Below, one piece after another: positions 41,155 to 51,133 of a DNA stretch of 64,000 bases. Source of the DNA: a virus. A program made the translations under genes and the position numbers. Numbering within the stretch: the stretch's first letter is position 1; the number at the start of each line of letters is the position of its first letter. Location of the stretch: the IMG/VR virus record IMGVR_UViG_3300043449_001175, positions 1-64,000 of that record; one strand, given 5' to 3'. The notes beneath the pieces are model-generated. The model had not been told where the DNA came from, ran no database searches, and worked only from the letters and a program-made list of their open reading frames with translations.

Positions 41155-41250
41155 TATATTCATATCACAAATCTAATATTTTTTTTCCAAATTGCAAACT
41201 CTAATTTGGTTCCAACATAATAATTTAATTTATTTTGGTATTTATATGTA

Positions 41251-41652
41251 ATGGATTTTAATATTAAAAAAAATGCGACATTACCACTTTTAAAAATGCA
41301 AGTGGTTAGAGATGGTAGAAGTGAATACCAATCTTTTATGGATTCTTTGGGTAATGCCTCAATTTTCTTTTCTATGATAAATGAAACATCTGGTATACCA
41401 AAGATTGTTTCAAAACCCGCATATATTACTGAAGTAATTGGTGATGACCCAAACGCATTACCCGAATATTACGTATATTTTAAATTCACCGCTCGTGATA
41501 CAAATACTATTGGTCGTTATGTTGGACAATTTTTGATTAAATATAATAACGGTCTTTTGGGTGGTATTGAAGGAAATCTTATTTTACCTCTAAGAGATGA
41601 GTTATACATCAATGTCCAAGAAAGTTTCATTATAGATAGTCCTTGTTGTTGA
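41251..41652 (+). CDS. BppU-N-like virion protein
   Basis: FNIKKNATLPLL...Y.F...DT...G.Y.GQF.I pattern; late motif upstream. Confidence 0.55.
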   Translation: MDFNIKKNATLPLLKMQVVRDGRSEYQSFMDSLGNASIFFSMINETSGIPKIVSKPAYITEVIGDDPNALPEYYVYFKFTARDTNTIGRYVGQFLIKYNNGLLGGIEGNLILPLRDELYINVQESFIIDSPCC

Positions 41653-41680
41653 CGAGGTTAAATTCAATACCTATACTTTA
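41649..41680 (+). promoter_or_regulatory. promoter of DNA polymerase gene (TTGACG-N17-TATACT)
   Basis: Near-consensus -35/-10 with 17-nt spacer; also readable as TTG-N20-TATACTTT. Confidence 0.6.
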
Positions 41681-41747
41681 ACCAATGAGTAAGACAAACT
41701 CCGTATTTTACGGAAGATAATAGGTCACTCGGTTAAAATTTATAGAA

Positions 41748-44483
41748 ATGATATCAAACGAAGAAATTAAAGCGTTCTTGGAAGGTGGCGACCCCGAACA
41801 ATTCATTGTGTCCATAGAATTTGATTATGTGACAGACGCAATCTACAAAATTAAAGAAGTTCCTGGTCAAGGAAAATCAATTCAAAAAGACCATTTTATA
41901 CCTTTTGCTTGGGTCGGTGACCTAAAAGGTTTGAATTTTTATCAAGGTTCCAAAGGCTTACAAAAAGAAGCCATGTCAAAACATAAGATTGTTATTGATA
42001 AGTTAGAAACCCACGACAATGAAAGATTAGAGAATGGTTTAACCTATATGGTTAAATGTCTTGGTGGATACCGTTCGTTGGTTCAATTTTTCCGTGATGG
42101 TGGTATAGACCCTTGGGGTGATAGAGCAAAAGACAAGTTTCTTATGTTACCTCCTGTAGAACAATATCTTATTCAGAAAGAAAAAAGACTATTCAAAGGA
42201 TACGAAGAATACAATGACATAACCCGATTTGTATTTGACTTAGAAACGACTTCACTTGAACCAAAGGATGGTCGTATATTCATGATTGGAATGAAAACAA
42301 ACAAAGGGTTCCACGAGGTAATTGAATGTGCCACAGAGGAAACCGAAAAGTTAGGTTTGGTTAGATTCTTTGATGCAATTAACGAACTTAAACCATCTAT
42401 CATTGGTGGATACAACTCATTTAACTTTGACTGGTTGTGGATTTTTGAACGAGCTAAAGCACTTGGATTGGACATTAAGAAGATAGCTAAGTCACTTAAC
42501 CCACAACGCACCATATCACAGAAAGAACAAATGTTGAAGCTCGCCAATGAGGTAGAAAAATACCCACAGACATCAATGTGGGGATACAACATCATTGATA
42601 TCTTACACTCAGTTCGTAGAGCCCAAGCGATTAACTCAAACATCAAGTCGGCGGGTTTGAAATACATAACCCAATACTTAGAAATTCAAGATGAAGACCG
42701 TGTATACATTGACCACACAGAAATTGGTCCTATGTATGCTAAAAAGGAAGATTATTGGTTAAATGTTAAAAACGGAAAATACAAAAAGGCTGATAATCCA
42801 CAATTTGATGACTTAGATACTCGTTTTCCTGGTACATATACCAAGACTACAGGTGATAAAATTGTAGAGCAGTACCTTGACGATGACTTAGATGAAACCC
42901 TACGTGTGGATGACGAGTTCAACCAAGGTTCGTTCCTTTTGGCATCGTTGGTTCCCACAACTTATGAGCGTGTAAGTACGATGGGTACGGCAACTTTGTG
43001 GAAGATGATTATGTTGGCTTGGTCTTATAAGTACAACTTGGCTATCCCAGCTAAACAAGATAAGACTGACTTTGTTGGTGGATTGTCTCGTTTGATTAAA
43101 GTTGGTTATTCTACATCTGTATTGAAATTGGACTTTAGTTCACTTTATCCATCTATTCAGTTGGTTCACAATGTATTCCCCGAGTGTGATGTAACAGGTG
43201 CGATGAAAGGATTGTTGGGTTACTTTAGAAGTTCTCGTATTATGTATAAACAATTGGCTGAAGAGTTTGAAAAGAGTGACCCTAAGAAGTCAAAGTCATA
43301 TGACCGTAAACAGTTACCGATTAAAATCTTTATTAACTCAATGTTTGGAGCGTTGTCAGCACCACAAGTATTTCATTGGGGTGATATGTACATGGGGGAA
43401 CAAATTACTTGTACGGGTAGACAATACTTGCGTCAGATGATTGGTTTCTTTATGAAACGTGGATACGAACCATTGGTAATGGATACGGATGGTGTGAACT
43501 TTTCATCACCATCAGATGTTCACGAACGTAAATACATTGGTCGTGGTTTAAATTGGAAGGTAGTGGAAGGTAAAGAATACGTTGGAGCGGCTGCGGATAT
43601 TGCCGAATACAATGACATATTCATGAGAGGTGAAATGGCTTTGGATAATGATGGTGTATGGCCGGCATGTATTAACTTGGCTCGTAAGAACTATGCTTTG
43701 ATGACTGACAAAGGTAAAATCAAATTGGTTGGTAATACAATTAAGTCAAAGAAACTACCAGGTTATATTGAAGAGTTCTTGGATAAAGGAATTAAGATGT
43801 TACTTCAAGGTAAGGGTAAAGATTTCATTGAATATTATTACGAATACCTACAGAAGATTTATGATATGAAAGTTCCTTTGGCTAAAATTGCCCAAAGAGC
43901 AAGAATTAAACATTCTTTGAGTGATTATAAATTCCGTTGTACTCAAAAAACAAAAGCGGGTTCATTGATGTCACGTCAAGCACATATGGAACTTGCAATT
44001 CACCATAACTTAAGTGTGAACTTGGGTGATGTGATTACATACGTAAATAATGGTCAAAGAGCATCTCACGGTGATGTGGTAAAAAAAGGTGATAGTTTGG
44101 TTTTGAATTGTTATTTGTTGGACCCTGCGGAATTGGAGGCAAATCCTGATTTAACAGGAAACTATAATGTGGCAAGAGCGATTGCTACTTTTAACAAACG
44201 TATCGACCCATTATTAGTAGTATTCAAAGATGAAGTTCGTGAAGCGTTAATTGTAAATGACCCTGAAAAACGTGGAATATTTACAACCGCCCAATGTGAA
44301 CTAATTAATGGACATCCATTAGGTGAAGGTGACCAAGATGATTTGAATGATGTATTAACAATTTCTGAACAAGAAATGTCTTATTGGGGAAAACGTGGAT
44401 TGGAACCTTTTTATATCTACGAAAAAGCGGAAGAAGGTTGGGAAAATCAAATAATTGGGTTACCAAATCTTCAAACCATCTGA
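41748..44483 (+). CDS. family B DNA polymerase
   Basis: Exo FDLETT and GYNSFNFD; motif A DFSSLYPS; motif B KIFINSMFG; motif C MDTDG; KNYA. Confidence 0.96.
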   Translation: MISNEEIKAFLEGGDPEQFIVSIEFDYVTDAIYKIKEVPGQGKSIQKDHFIPFAWVGDLKGLNFYQGSKGLQKEAMSKHKIVIDKLETHDNERLENGLTYMVKCLGGYRSLVQFFRDGGIDPWGDRAKDKFLMLPPVEQYLIQKEKRLFKGYEEYNDITRFVFDLETTSLEPKDGRIFMIGMKTNKGFHEVIECATEETEKLGLVRFFDAINELKPSIIGGYNSFNFDWLWIFERAKALGLDIKKIAKSLNPQRTISQKEQMLKLANEVEKYPQTSMWGYNIIDILHSVRRAQAINSNIKSAGLKYITQYLEIQDEDRVYIDHTEIGPMYAKKEDYWLNVKNGKYKKADNPQFDDLDTRFPGTYTKTTGDKIVEQYLDDDLDETLRVDDEFNQGSFLLASLVPTTYERVSTMGTATLWKMIMLAWSYKYNLAIPAKQDKTDFVGGLSRLIKVGYSTSVLKLDFSSLYPSIQLVHNVFPECDVTGAMKGLLGYFRSSRIMYKQLAEEFEKSDPKKSKSYDRKQLPIKIFINSMFGALSAPQVFHWGDMYMGEQITCTGRQYLRQMIGFFMKRGYEPLVMDTDGVNFSSPSDVHERKYIGRGLNWKVVEGKEYVGAAADIAEYNDIFMRGEMALDNDGVWPACINLARKNYALMTDKGKIKLVGNTIKSKKLPGYIEEFLDKGIKMLLQGKGKDFIEYYYEYLQKIYDMKVPLAKIAQRARIKHSLSDYKFRCTQKTKAGSLMSRQAHMELAIHHNLSVNLGDVITYVNNGQRASHGDVVKKGDSLVLNCYLLDPAELEANPDLTGNYNVARAIATFNKRIDPLLVVFKDEVREALIVNDPEKRGIFTTAQCELINGHPLGEGDQDDLNDVLTISEQEMSYWGKRGLEPFYIYEKAEEGWENQIIGLPNLQTI

Positions 44484-44795
44484 AGATAAGATATACCAAT
44501 ATTGGTTAATAAAAACAAATTCGACACACGCACCTTTTTCAATTGTGATTTCATCCCACTCTTCATCAATAGAATTAATGTCGGGTATAATTAATACGTT
44601 TGTCATTGCTTTTATTTTAACTCTATCCGTTGTTAACGAATTTAATTTTAATATACAATTATCAATACCACGAATAACGATTGAATATTCTCCATTCGTG
44701 GTATATTGTGGTTCAGAAACAATGGCTAATTCAGAAGTTCTAATCTGAACACCATTTATGATTTTAATTGCGGGTATAGATTTAATTATTGGCAT
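44460..44795 (-). CDS. hypothetical virion-associated protein
   Basis: Co-transcribed with neck gene; 3' end overlaps polymerase stop by 24 nt. Confidence 0.65.
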   Translation of the reverse strand: MPIIKSIPAIKIINGVQIRTSELAIVSEPQYTTNGEYSIVIRGIDNCILKLNSLTTDRVKIKAMTNVLIIPDINSIDEEWDEITIEKGACVEFVFINQYWYILSSDGLKIW

Positions 44796-44796
44796 A

Positions 44797-45912
44797 TTAT
44801 ACAACAGTAATTGGTATTGGCATTGCTCTGTATTTTAATTGTTTGTTTAAATTTTCAGCAATTGAGGCTTCTTTTTCCATTTGTTTTTCAGGACGAAGTC
44901 TTTCTAATCTTTCTTTTAATTCTGTGACTAACATTGTTTTTTCATCTTTTGACTCGGTAGCCAAAGATGTGTAGTCCATTTGTAGTTCACTGTCTGGTGT
45001 TTTTAAATTACCACTGAATTTACCCCTAACACGAGCTAAGGTCTCTTTACAGTATGCTGTGAACCATCTTCTAACCCATTGTTTTGCGGGGTCATTTAAA
45101 TCAATCCAGTTCAATTCATCTAATGGAATATCTGAAGGTAATTTTACAATATCAGGGTTATCTTTAAGACATTGGTCTCTATCAGCATCAGTAGTATCAT
45201 AATACCAATACCAAACACGACCTCTCATCAATTCACTATCACCAAAGTCAAATCTTCCACCAGGTGTGTTATACAACATAACCGCTCTTTTTCCATCAGG
45301 AAGTGCCGTTACACGATAACTAACATCAGGTTGGATAATTCTTCTTTTAAGGTTTAAATCTTGTTGTCTTGCTAATACGTCATAAGATGAGAACATGAAA
45401 TATCCTCCACCGGCACCACCTTGAGCAAATCCACCAGGTCCACCAAGTCCACCATAACCACCAAGACTTTGCATTGACCAAGGGTCAAAGAATAAGTTGT
45501 TTTGTTCTGCTGGTGAATACCATAAAAGTTCGTTAATTTCACGACCTGCGGGTATTTCATATATTTGTACGTTTTGTTGTAGTTCAAAATAATCCTTTTT
45601 AAGAACCCAAGGACCTGAATTTTGAAGACCAACAATTTTAGAATAAGCGTAAGTGTATTGTGTTTCCCAATCAAGACTTCTTCTAATTAAAGCGTTCGCT
45701 ACTGATTGGGTATCCAAATTCATACCATACAATGTTGTCCATTGTGATTCAATCAACCAATCATAAAGATATTGTGTATAGTCACCGATGGATAATTCAA
45801 GTAACGAATCCATCATTTCAAATTCCAATTCAACAGCCCTCAATGGAGCACCAAGTTGATTTAAAATTCTGTTATACAGTTTGGTTCTTTCTGGTTCAGC
45901 AATAACTACCAT
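44797..45912 (-). CDS. neck/head-tail connector protein (gp13-like)
   Basis: ILNQLGAPLRAVEL; WVRRWFTAYCKETLARVRGKF. Confidence 0.75.
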   Translation of the reverse strand: MVVIAEPERTKLYNRILNQLGAPLRAVELEFEMMDSLLELSIGDYTQYLYDWLIESQWTTLYGMNLDTQSVANALIRRSLDWETQYTYAYSKIVGLQNSGPWVLKKDYFELQQNVQIYEIPAGREINELLWYSPAEQNNLFFDPWSMQSLGGYGGLGGPGGFAQGGAGGGYFMFSSYDVLARQQDLNLKRRIIQPDVSYRVTALPDGKRAVMLYNTPGGRFDFGDSELMRGRVWYWYYDTTDADRDQCLKDNPDIVKLPSDIPLDELNWIDLNDPAKQWVRRWFTAYCKETLARVRGKFSGNLKTPDSELQMDYTSLATESKDEKTMLVTELKERLERLRPEKQMEKEASIAENLNKQLKYRAMPIPITVV

Positions 45913-45939
45913 AGTCTTTTATATATAAATATCAAGTTA

Positions 45940-47484
45940 TTACAATTGATACAACTTGGCATCAATTGGAAAATAATAAACTCCGTCAATAATTTTTGTA
46001 TTTGAGTTATCAAAGATTATCATATCATCCAAACGTTTCATAAAAATCATCCAATTTGTTTGATATTTTTTAACATTTGCGGTACCATCAACTTTATACA
46101 TGTCATCACTTCTTGTTATATAACTGAATGGTTTTACTTGTGCAGTTTTTTCAACACCATCAACCATAATCTTAACATCCACACCCGTCATCATGTCTTC
46201 TTTGTTTCCAAGTTCACCAATACGAGTTACATTTTCATCACCAAATTGTTTCTTAAGTTTTTCAACAACAGCATCTTCAGTTTTATTACCTTTGTCTGAA
46301 GTTACCCCCATCACACTCATAATTGTTTTAAATGTTTCTGACTCTAATGAAAAAACTCTAAACTTAACTTTGTTTAATGTTTTTAACATTCTTGCCATTT
46401 CATTGACTTGTTCTCTTTGTGTTTTATCTGAAAATATAATTGGTTCTTCACCTATTTTTGTAAGATATTTGTTTAAATCTTTTTTCAAGACACAAAACGC
46501 ACTGTAATTTGTATTCAAATAATTGATAACCGACCTACCTTCACCTTCCAAATCATACACACCCGACATTTGTCCTTTAGCATATTCATCTTTGTTGTAA
46601 AATCTGTCAGCAAATGTTTCTTTTAAAATTTGCATTATTGCATTTTTGTATAGATTAAGGACATCACGGTTTGTATTGAATAATAATTTTGATGCCATTT
46701 TGTCTTGAGTAGAACAAGGTTCACTCTTAACTCCTTCAGTTAAAAATTCTTTTGCGGTTGTAGATTCTTTTACCGTTTTGTCTAACTTTCTTGAAAGTTC
46801 AGATTCTACATAATCCCAATTCACAACTTTCCAAAAGTTTTTAATATATTCATCTCTTCTATTTCTATATCTTAGATAATATGCGTGTTCCCAAACATCT
46901 AACCCTAAAATTGGAAATCCGCCTTGGTCAACAACATCCATAAGTGGATTGTCTTGGTTGGCGGTTGTCATAATCTTTAATGTTCCTCTTTTTGTGAGAA
47001 CTAACCAACACCAACCTGAACCAAATCTGTCTTTTGCTTGACCATCAAATTTCTTTTTAAAGTCAGATAAAGATGAAAAACTTTGATTGATTTTTTTGAG
47101 TGTTATTGGACCCGGTTTTGTTGTTTTTGGTGTTAACATTTTCCAAAACAATTGGTGGTTGTAAGCACCACCCGCATTATTTCTGATGAACTTGTTGAAA
47201 CTGTCAATTGTTTTAACAATTTCTTCTAAAGTCATATCCTCATCATCTTTTAATGCTCCATTTAATTTATCAACATAACCTTTGTAGTGTTTGTTGTAAT
47301 GAACACTCATGGTTTCGGGGTCAATAAATTGTTTTAGTGCTGAATAAGAATAGGGTAATCTTTCTATCTTAATATTTTTGGCTTCTGTGACAACTTTTTG
47401 TACTTTTTGTTCTTGTTGTCTTTTAATTTCTTTTTTTTGTAAATCTTCTTCAATTACTTCAATCCTATTTTTAAGATTCTTCAT
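45940..47484 (-). CDS. Fe/Mn superoxide dismutase fused to a C-terminal PD-(D/E)xK-like domain
   Basis: LPYSYSAL, HYNKH, NNAGGAYNH.LFW, FGSGWCWL, NQDNP, DVWEHAYY; C-terminal E...DM..GVD...QVK. Confidence 0.85.
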   Translation of the reverse strand: MKNLKNRIEVIEEDLQKKEIKRQQEQKVQKVVTEAKNIKIERLPYSYSALKQFIDPETMSVHYNKHYKGYVDKLNGALKDDEDMTLEEIVKTIDSFNKFIRNNAGGAYNHQLFWKMLTPKTTKPGPITLKKINQSFSSLSDFKKKFDGQAKDRFGSGWCWLVLTKRGTLKIMTTANQDNPLMDVVDQGGFPILGLDVWEHAYYLRYRNRRDEYIKNFWKVVNWDYVESELSRKLDKTVKESTTAKEFLTEGVKSEPCSTQDKMASKLLFNTNRDVLNLYKNAIMQILKETFADRFYNKDEYAKGQMSGVYDLEGEGRSVINYLNTNYSAFCVLKKDLNKYLTKIGEEPIIFSDKTQREQVNEMARMLKTLNKVKFRVFSLESETFKTIMSVMGVTSDKGNKTEDAVVEKLKKQFGDENVTRIGELGNKEDMMTGVDVKIMVDGVEKTAQVKPFSYITRSDDMYKVDGTANVKKYQTNWMIFMKRLDDMIIFDNSNTKIIDGVYYFPIDAKLYQL

Positions 47485-47534
47485 AAGGTCGGCTTTTATT
47501 AATGTTTATTGATTATAAATAAGCCGAAGTTTGA

Positions 47535-49304
47535 TTATCGCCTCCAATTATTTATAAGTTCCAAAATTTCTTGAACATAATCACCATTGTCCACCTTATC
47601 ACCCATCACGGTTTCAAAGATGTCTTTCTTCTTTTTGAGTATGTCATAGATGATTCCTTCAACAGTATTGTCAAAAATTGGATAATAAACTAACACATTA
47701 TTTTTTTGTCCATAACGGTAACTTCTATCCTCAGCTTGTGAGTGGTCGGATGGTAAAAATGATAAATCATTCATAACAACAGCTTCACCCGCAGTCAATG
47801 TGATACCAACACCCGCGGCTTTTATGTTTCCGACAAACACCATAACATCTTCTTCGTTTTGAAAACGGTCAACAGACATTTGTCTTTCTTTTTGTGACAT
47901 TTGTCCATCAAGTCTAACTGCCTTTTTTCCAAAATGTTCCAATATCATCTCCAAAGTTTTGGTGAAGTTAGTAAAGACAATCACTTTCTTACCTTGTTCC
48001 ACAATGTTCTCACAGATTTCAATTGTTGACGCAACTTTTTCTTCAGCAATCACCTGTCTTACTTTTGTAAGTTTGGTGAATTGAAGGGTTAAAGAGTCTG
48101 ACTCTCCATTTTTATCGTACCAATCATAATATTCACCCATTAAGGCTTCGTATTCTTTTGATTTAAGTCTTAAGTAAACGGGTGTGATAATTTTATCAGG
48201 TAAATCTAACACATTTTCCTTTAATCTTCTTAAAACTAAAGGTGAGGTTCGGTCTCTTAACTCTTCCAAGTTGGATGCTCCACTAACATTCCAAATTTTT
48301 CTTCTTCCTGCTTGGAATTGGAAACCATTACAATACCTTTTAACGTACGCCATCCAATTCTTGGCTACAGGACATTCAATCAAATTTAACAAATTGAAAT
48401 AATTGATTGGTCTTGAAGTGATTGGTGTACCTGTTAACAACCAAAGTCTATCGACATTGGATACAAAGTCGTTAATCAATTTAGTTCTTTGGGCTTGTTT
48501 GTTTTGAATGTAGTGTGCTTCATCAATAATCACCAAATCAAACTTTGTTTTTAATAAAACAGAATCTGATTTCTTTTTTTCATCGTGAAAGTTTTTAATA
48601 ATGTCATAGTTAATGATGATAAAATCACCATCTTCCCATTTTTTACCCTCAATAATTGATGTTGGTCTATCTGAATAGTTTTCAATCTCACGTTGCCAGT
48701 TAATCTTCAAAGATGCTGGACAAATAATCAATACTTTCTTTGCTCCCGTTTCCAAAGCGGCAATAATAGTTGAAGTTGTTTTACCCAAACCCATGTCATC
48801 GGCAAGAATAAACTTTTTATTTTCAACCAACGATTTTATGGCTTCTTTTTGATGTTCAAGTGGTGGACGGTGAGAATACTTTTCATAGTCAATCACCACA
48901 TCCTTAACTTTATTGTCTTTTATCAAAGCAACCTTTGGAATCCAAAAGTCATACACTTGTTCTGATTCAAAGTATTTTCCCCAAATATGGTAGGCAGTAT
49001 CTTTCTCAACCAAAAGTTTTTCAACATATACTTTTGTTGGAACAGATGAAAGTAATTTATCATTGGCAATTTTTTGTGCAAAGTATGAATCAAGTTCAAC
49101 CCACTTTTTAGCAACTTTTGGTGCCGTTTCGTGATAATTTATAATGTATTCTGCTTGAGCTCGGGTTGGATAAAACTTTTTATTATCAATTTGTTTTTGT
49201 CTTAAACGTATGATGTAATTATTGGCACCCTGATACCTCTCTAACAAATCAAGAGCTTTTCTTTCTAACACAGAGACATTATATGTGTTTTCAGTATTTT
49301 CCAA
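47535..49304 (-). CDS. SNF2-family (HARP/SMARCAL1-like) helicase/ATPase
   Basis: LADDMGLGKT, DEAH, LTGTP, LRRLK, GVGITL, QAEDRSYRYGQ; TTG start. Confidence 0.93.
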   Translation of the reverse strand: MENTENTYNVSVLERKALDLLERYQGANNYIIRLRQKQIDNKKFYPTRAQAEYIINYHETAPKVAKKWVELDSYFAQKIANDKLLSSVPTKVYVEKLLVEKDTAYHIWGKYFESEQVYDFWIPKVALIKDNKVKDVVIDYEKYSHRPPLEHQKEAIKSLVENKKFILADDMGLGKTTSTIIAALETGAKKVLIICPASLKINWQREIENYSDRPTSIIEGKKWEDGDFIIINYDIIKNFHDEKKKSDSVLLKTKFDLVIIDEAHYIQNKQAQRTKLINDFVSNVDRLWLLTGTPITSRPINYFNLLNLIECPVAKNWMAYVKRYCNGFQFQAGRRKIWNVSGASNLEELRDRTSPLVLRRLKENVLDLPDKIITPVYLRLKSKEYEALMGEYYDWYDKNGESDSLTLQFTKLTKVRQVIAEEKVASTIEICENIVEQGKKVIVFTNFTKTLEMILEHFGKKAVRLDGQMSQKERQMSVDRFQNEEDVMVFVGNIKAAGVGITLTAGEAVVMNDLSFLPSDHSQAEDRSYRYGQKNNVLVYYPIFDNTVEGIIYDILKKKKDIFETVMGDKVDNGDYVQEILELINNWRR

Positions 49305-49310
49305 TCTAAC

Positions 49311-49341
49311 AAAAGATAATCAATTTCAGTATATTTATCAA
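49311..49341 (-). promoter_or_regulatory. helicase promoter (TTG-N20-TATCTTTT) overlapping divergent late motif TATTTAT (49332-49338, +)
   Basis: Both motifs fit within the 39-nt divergent intergenic gap. Confidence 0.5.
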
Positions 49342-49343
49342 GT

Positions 49344-49859
49344 ATGGCACAACAACTCGTTCCAATTACAAGATTAGGTAAATTTTTTGGTGGGGAAGAT
49401 TTCTCATTAGACATTTCTATGGGTCGTGAATGGCTTGGTGGGGATATGAATTTTACCATTGTACTTTACAAGGTTGATAGAACAAAAACCCTTAATGATG
49501 ATGTTTATGGTGAGGTACAACAAGACGGAATACAATTTTTAGCTCCCGTATCAATTAATGCTTATGTCAGGATTGAAGAAGCTGGAGCTCAATTTTTGGG
49601 TAGTAGTAAAATTATTCAAAATGAACCTGGTTTGTTAAAGTTTTCCGTTTATAAACAAGAACTCGCTGATTTACAAGTTGATATTGAATTGGGTGATTAT
49701 GTAGGGTATTGGATTACTGAATCACAAGTTAGATATTATTCAATAATGGATGCGGGTATTCCTGATTATGACAATAAACACACTTATGGTGGGTATAAAG
49801 GATTTTATTATTCATATACTGCAACACCTGTTAGTGAAAACGAATTTAGGGGTATATAA
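49344..49859 (+). CDS. head closure/neck protein (gp14-like)
   Basis: LYKVD....DDVYGE, GDY..Y; precedes tail terminator and sheath. Confidence 0.6.
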   Translation: MAQQLVPITRLGKFFGGEDFSLDISMGREWLGGDMNFTIVLYKVDRTKTLNDDVYGEVQQDGIQFLAPVSINAYVRIEEAGAQFLGSSKIIQNEPGLLKFSVYKQELADLQVDIELGDYVGYWITESQVRYYSIMDAGIPDYDNKHTYGGYKGFYYSYTATPVSENEFRGI

Positions 49860-50983
49860 TGGCATTACCAAGAAAACGAAAGGAAATTATTCCGACAATC
49901 AATCTTAAGCCCGAAAAAATTCTTTTGGCTCGTAGAGAACAATTGCTTGAAGATATTAAGTATGATGGAACTTATTTGCCAAAGTCGTTAATGCACCCCG
50001 AGTTAGATAGGGGATTTTTAGATTTTGTTAAAGAAGATTTACAAACAACGGTTGCTGGTAGTATAATACCAATGATTGATTTAATTATTACCACACAAAA
50101 CTGGGCTCAATTTACAGAAACTTGGGACATTCAAGATTTGAATGGTAACCCAACACTGCCGTTTATTACTGTTGTTCGTCAACCTGAAGTTAAATACGGA
50201 AGCAATCCCGCCATTATTTACAACATTCCAAATAGAAAGGAATATTTTTACGCAGCCGTTCCATCTTGGAATGGAAACATCAAAGGTTTGGATATCTATA
50301 AAATTCCACAACCAGTTCCTGTTGATATTACCTACAATGTTAAAATTGTTTGTAATAGAATGAGAGAGTTAAATGAGTTTAACAAAAATGTAATTCAAAC
50401 TTTTGCATCAAGACAAGCCTACAGACAAATCAATGGTCATTACATTCCAATTATTATGGGGAGTATTTCAGATGAGTCAGTTGTTGAAGTACAAAAAAGA
50501 AGATTTTATATTCAGAACTATGAATTCACAATGTTAGGGTTTTTATTGGATGAAGATGAGTTTGAAGTTGCCCCTGCGGTTTCTCGTGTGTTTAATACTT
50601 TTGAGGTGTCAGCACAAACATCAAGACCAAGAAGAAAAAAATATCCTGAAAATATTGATGAATATAATTTGGGTGTTTCCGTACCTAGTGGTTCAACACA
50701 AACTGATTTAATGGTTGATTATACTGGTGATTTTAATTTATTAACAAAAATAAATGTTACAAGTTTTGATGTCTACATAAGACCACAAGGACAATTAACA
50801 TTTGATTATTATGGTAGTGACGTTTCATTAATACAAGTCAACACCAACGATACTTTAAGACTTGAGGTGACAAGTCGACCTAACGCCACATTACCTTCTA
50901 CATTCAATTATGCAATTAAATTGTTTGGTGTAAATAGTGATGTTCCACCACCACCAAATTCAAACGCAAATCCACATTCATGA
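49859..50983 (+). CDS. tail terminator/sheath stabiliser (gp15-like)
   Basis: LPFITVVR, PQPVPVDITYNV...MRELN pattern; synteny. Confidence 0.6.
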   Translation: MALPRKRKEIIPTINLKPEKILLARREQLLEDIKYDGTYLPKSLMHPELDRGFLDFVKEDLQTTVAGSIIPMIDLIITTQNWAQFTETWDIQDLNGNPTLPFITVVRQPEVKYGSNPAIIYNIPNRKEYFYAAVPSWNGNIKGLDIYKIPQPVPVDITYNVKIVCNRMRELNEFNKNVIQTFASRQAYRQINGHYIPIIMGSISDESVVEVQKRRFYIQNYEFTMLGFLLDEDEFEVAPAVSRVFNTFEVSAQTSRPRRKKYPENIDEYNLGVSVPSGSTQTDLMVDYTGDFNLLTKINVTSFDVYIRPQGQLTFDYYGSDVSLIQVNTNDTLRLEVTSRPNATLPSTFNYAIKLFGVNSDVPPPPNSNANPHS

Positions 50984-51133
50984 TTCACCATAAATGTCTT
51001 TTTTAATTTGACATTTTTCTTTAATCAAATTTTCTAAAAACCTATACATCTTAATACCGTGTTTATCACAGTATTTCTTTAAAATATCGTGTGACTCCAC
51101 TGATATCTTCAAATTCTTTATTTTCTTTTCCAT
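50978..51133 (-). CDS. small ribbon-helix-helix-like DNA-binding protein (alternative start 51166)
   Basis: KNLKIS.ESHDILKKYC..HGIKMYRFLENLI beta-alpha-alpha pattern. Confidence 0.6.
   Translation of the reverse strand: MEKKIKNLKISVESHDILKKYCDKHGIKMYRFLENLIKEKCQIKKDIYGES

Noticed and set aside
41677-41747. Hammerhead ribozyme or tRNA upstream of the polymerase
   Set aside because: No CUGAUGA/GAAA core and no cloverleaf or T-loop; kept only as a structured leader
42173-42958. Minus-strand ORFs inside the polymerase, and other short overlapping ORFs in the track
   Set aside because: Fully nested in well-supported genes, with no motifs or expression signals
41748-49304. Inteins, introns or homing endonucleases in polymerase/helicase
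   Set aside because: Motif spacing is normal; no splice-junction, LAGLIDADG, HNH or GIY-YIG signature seen
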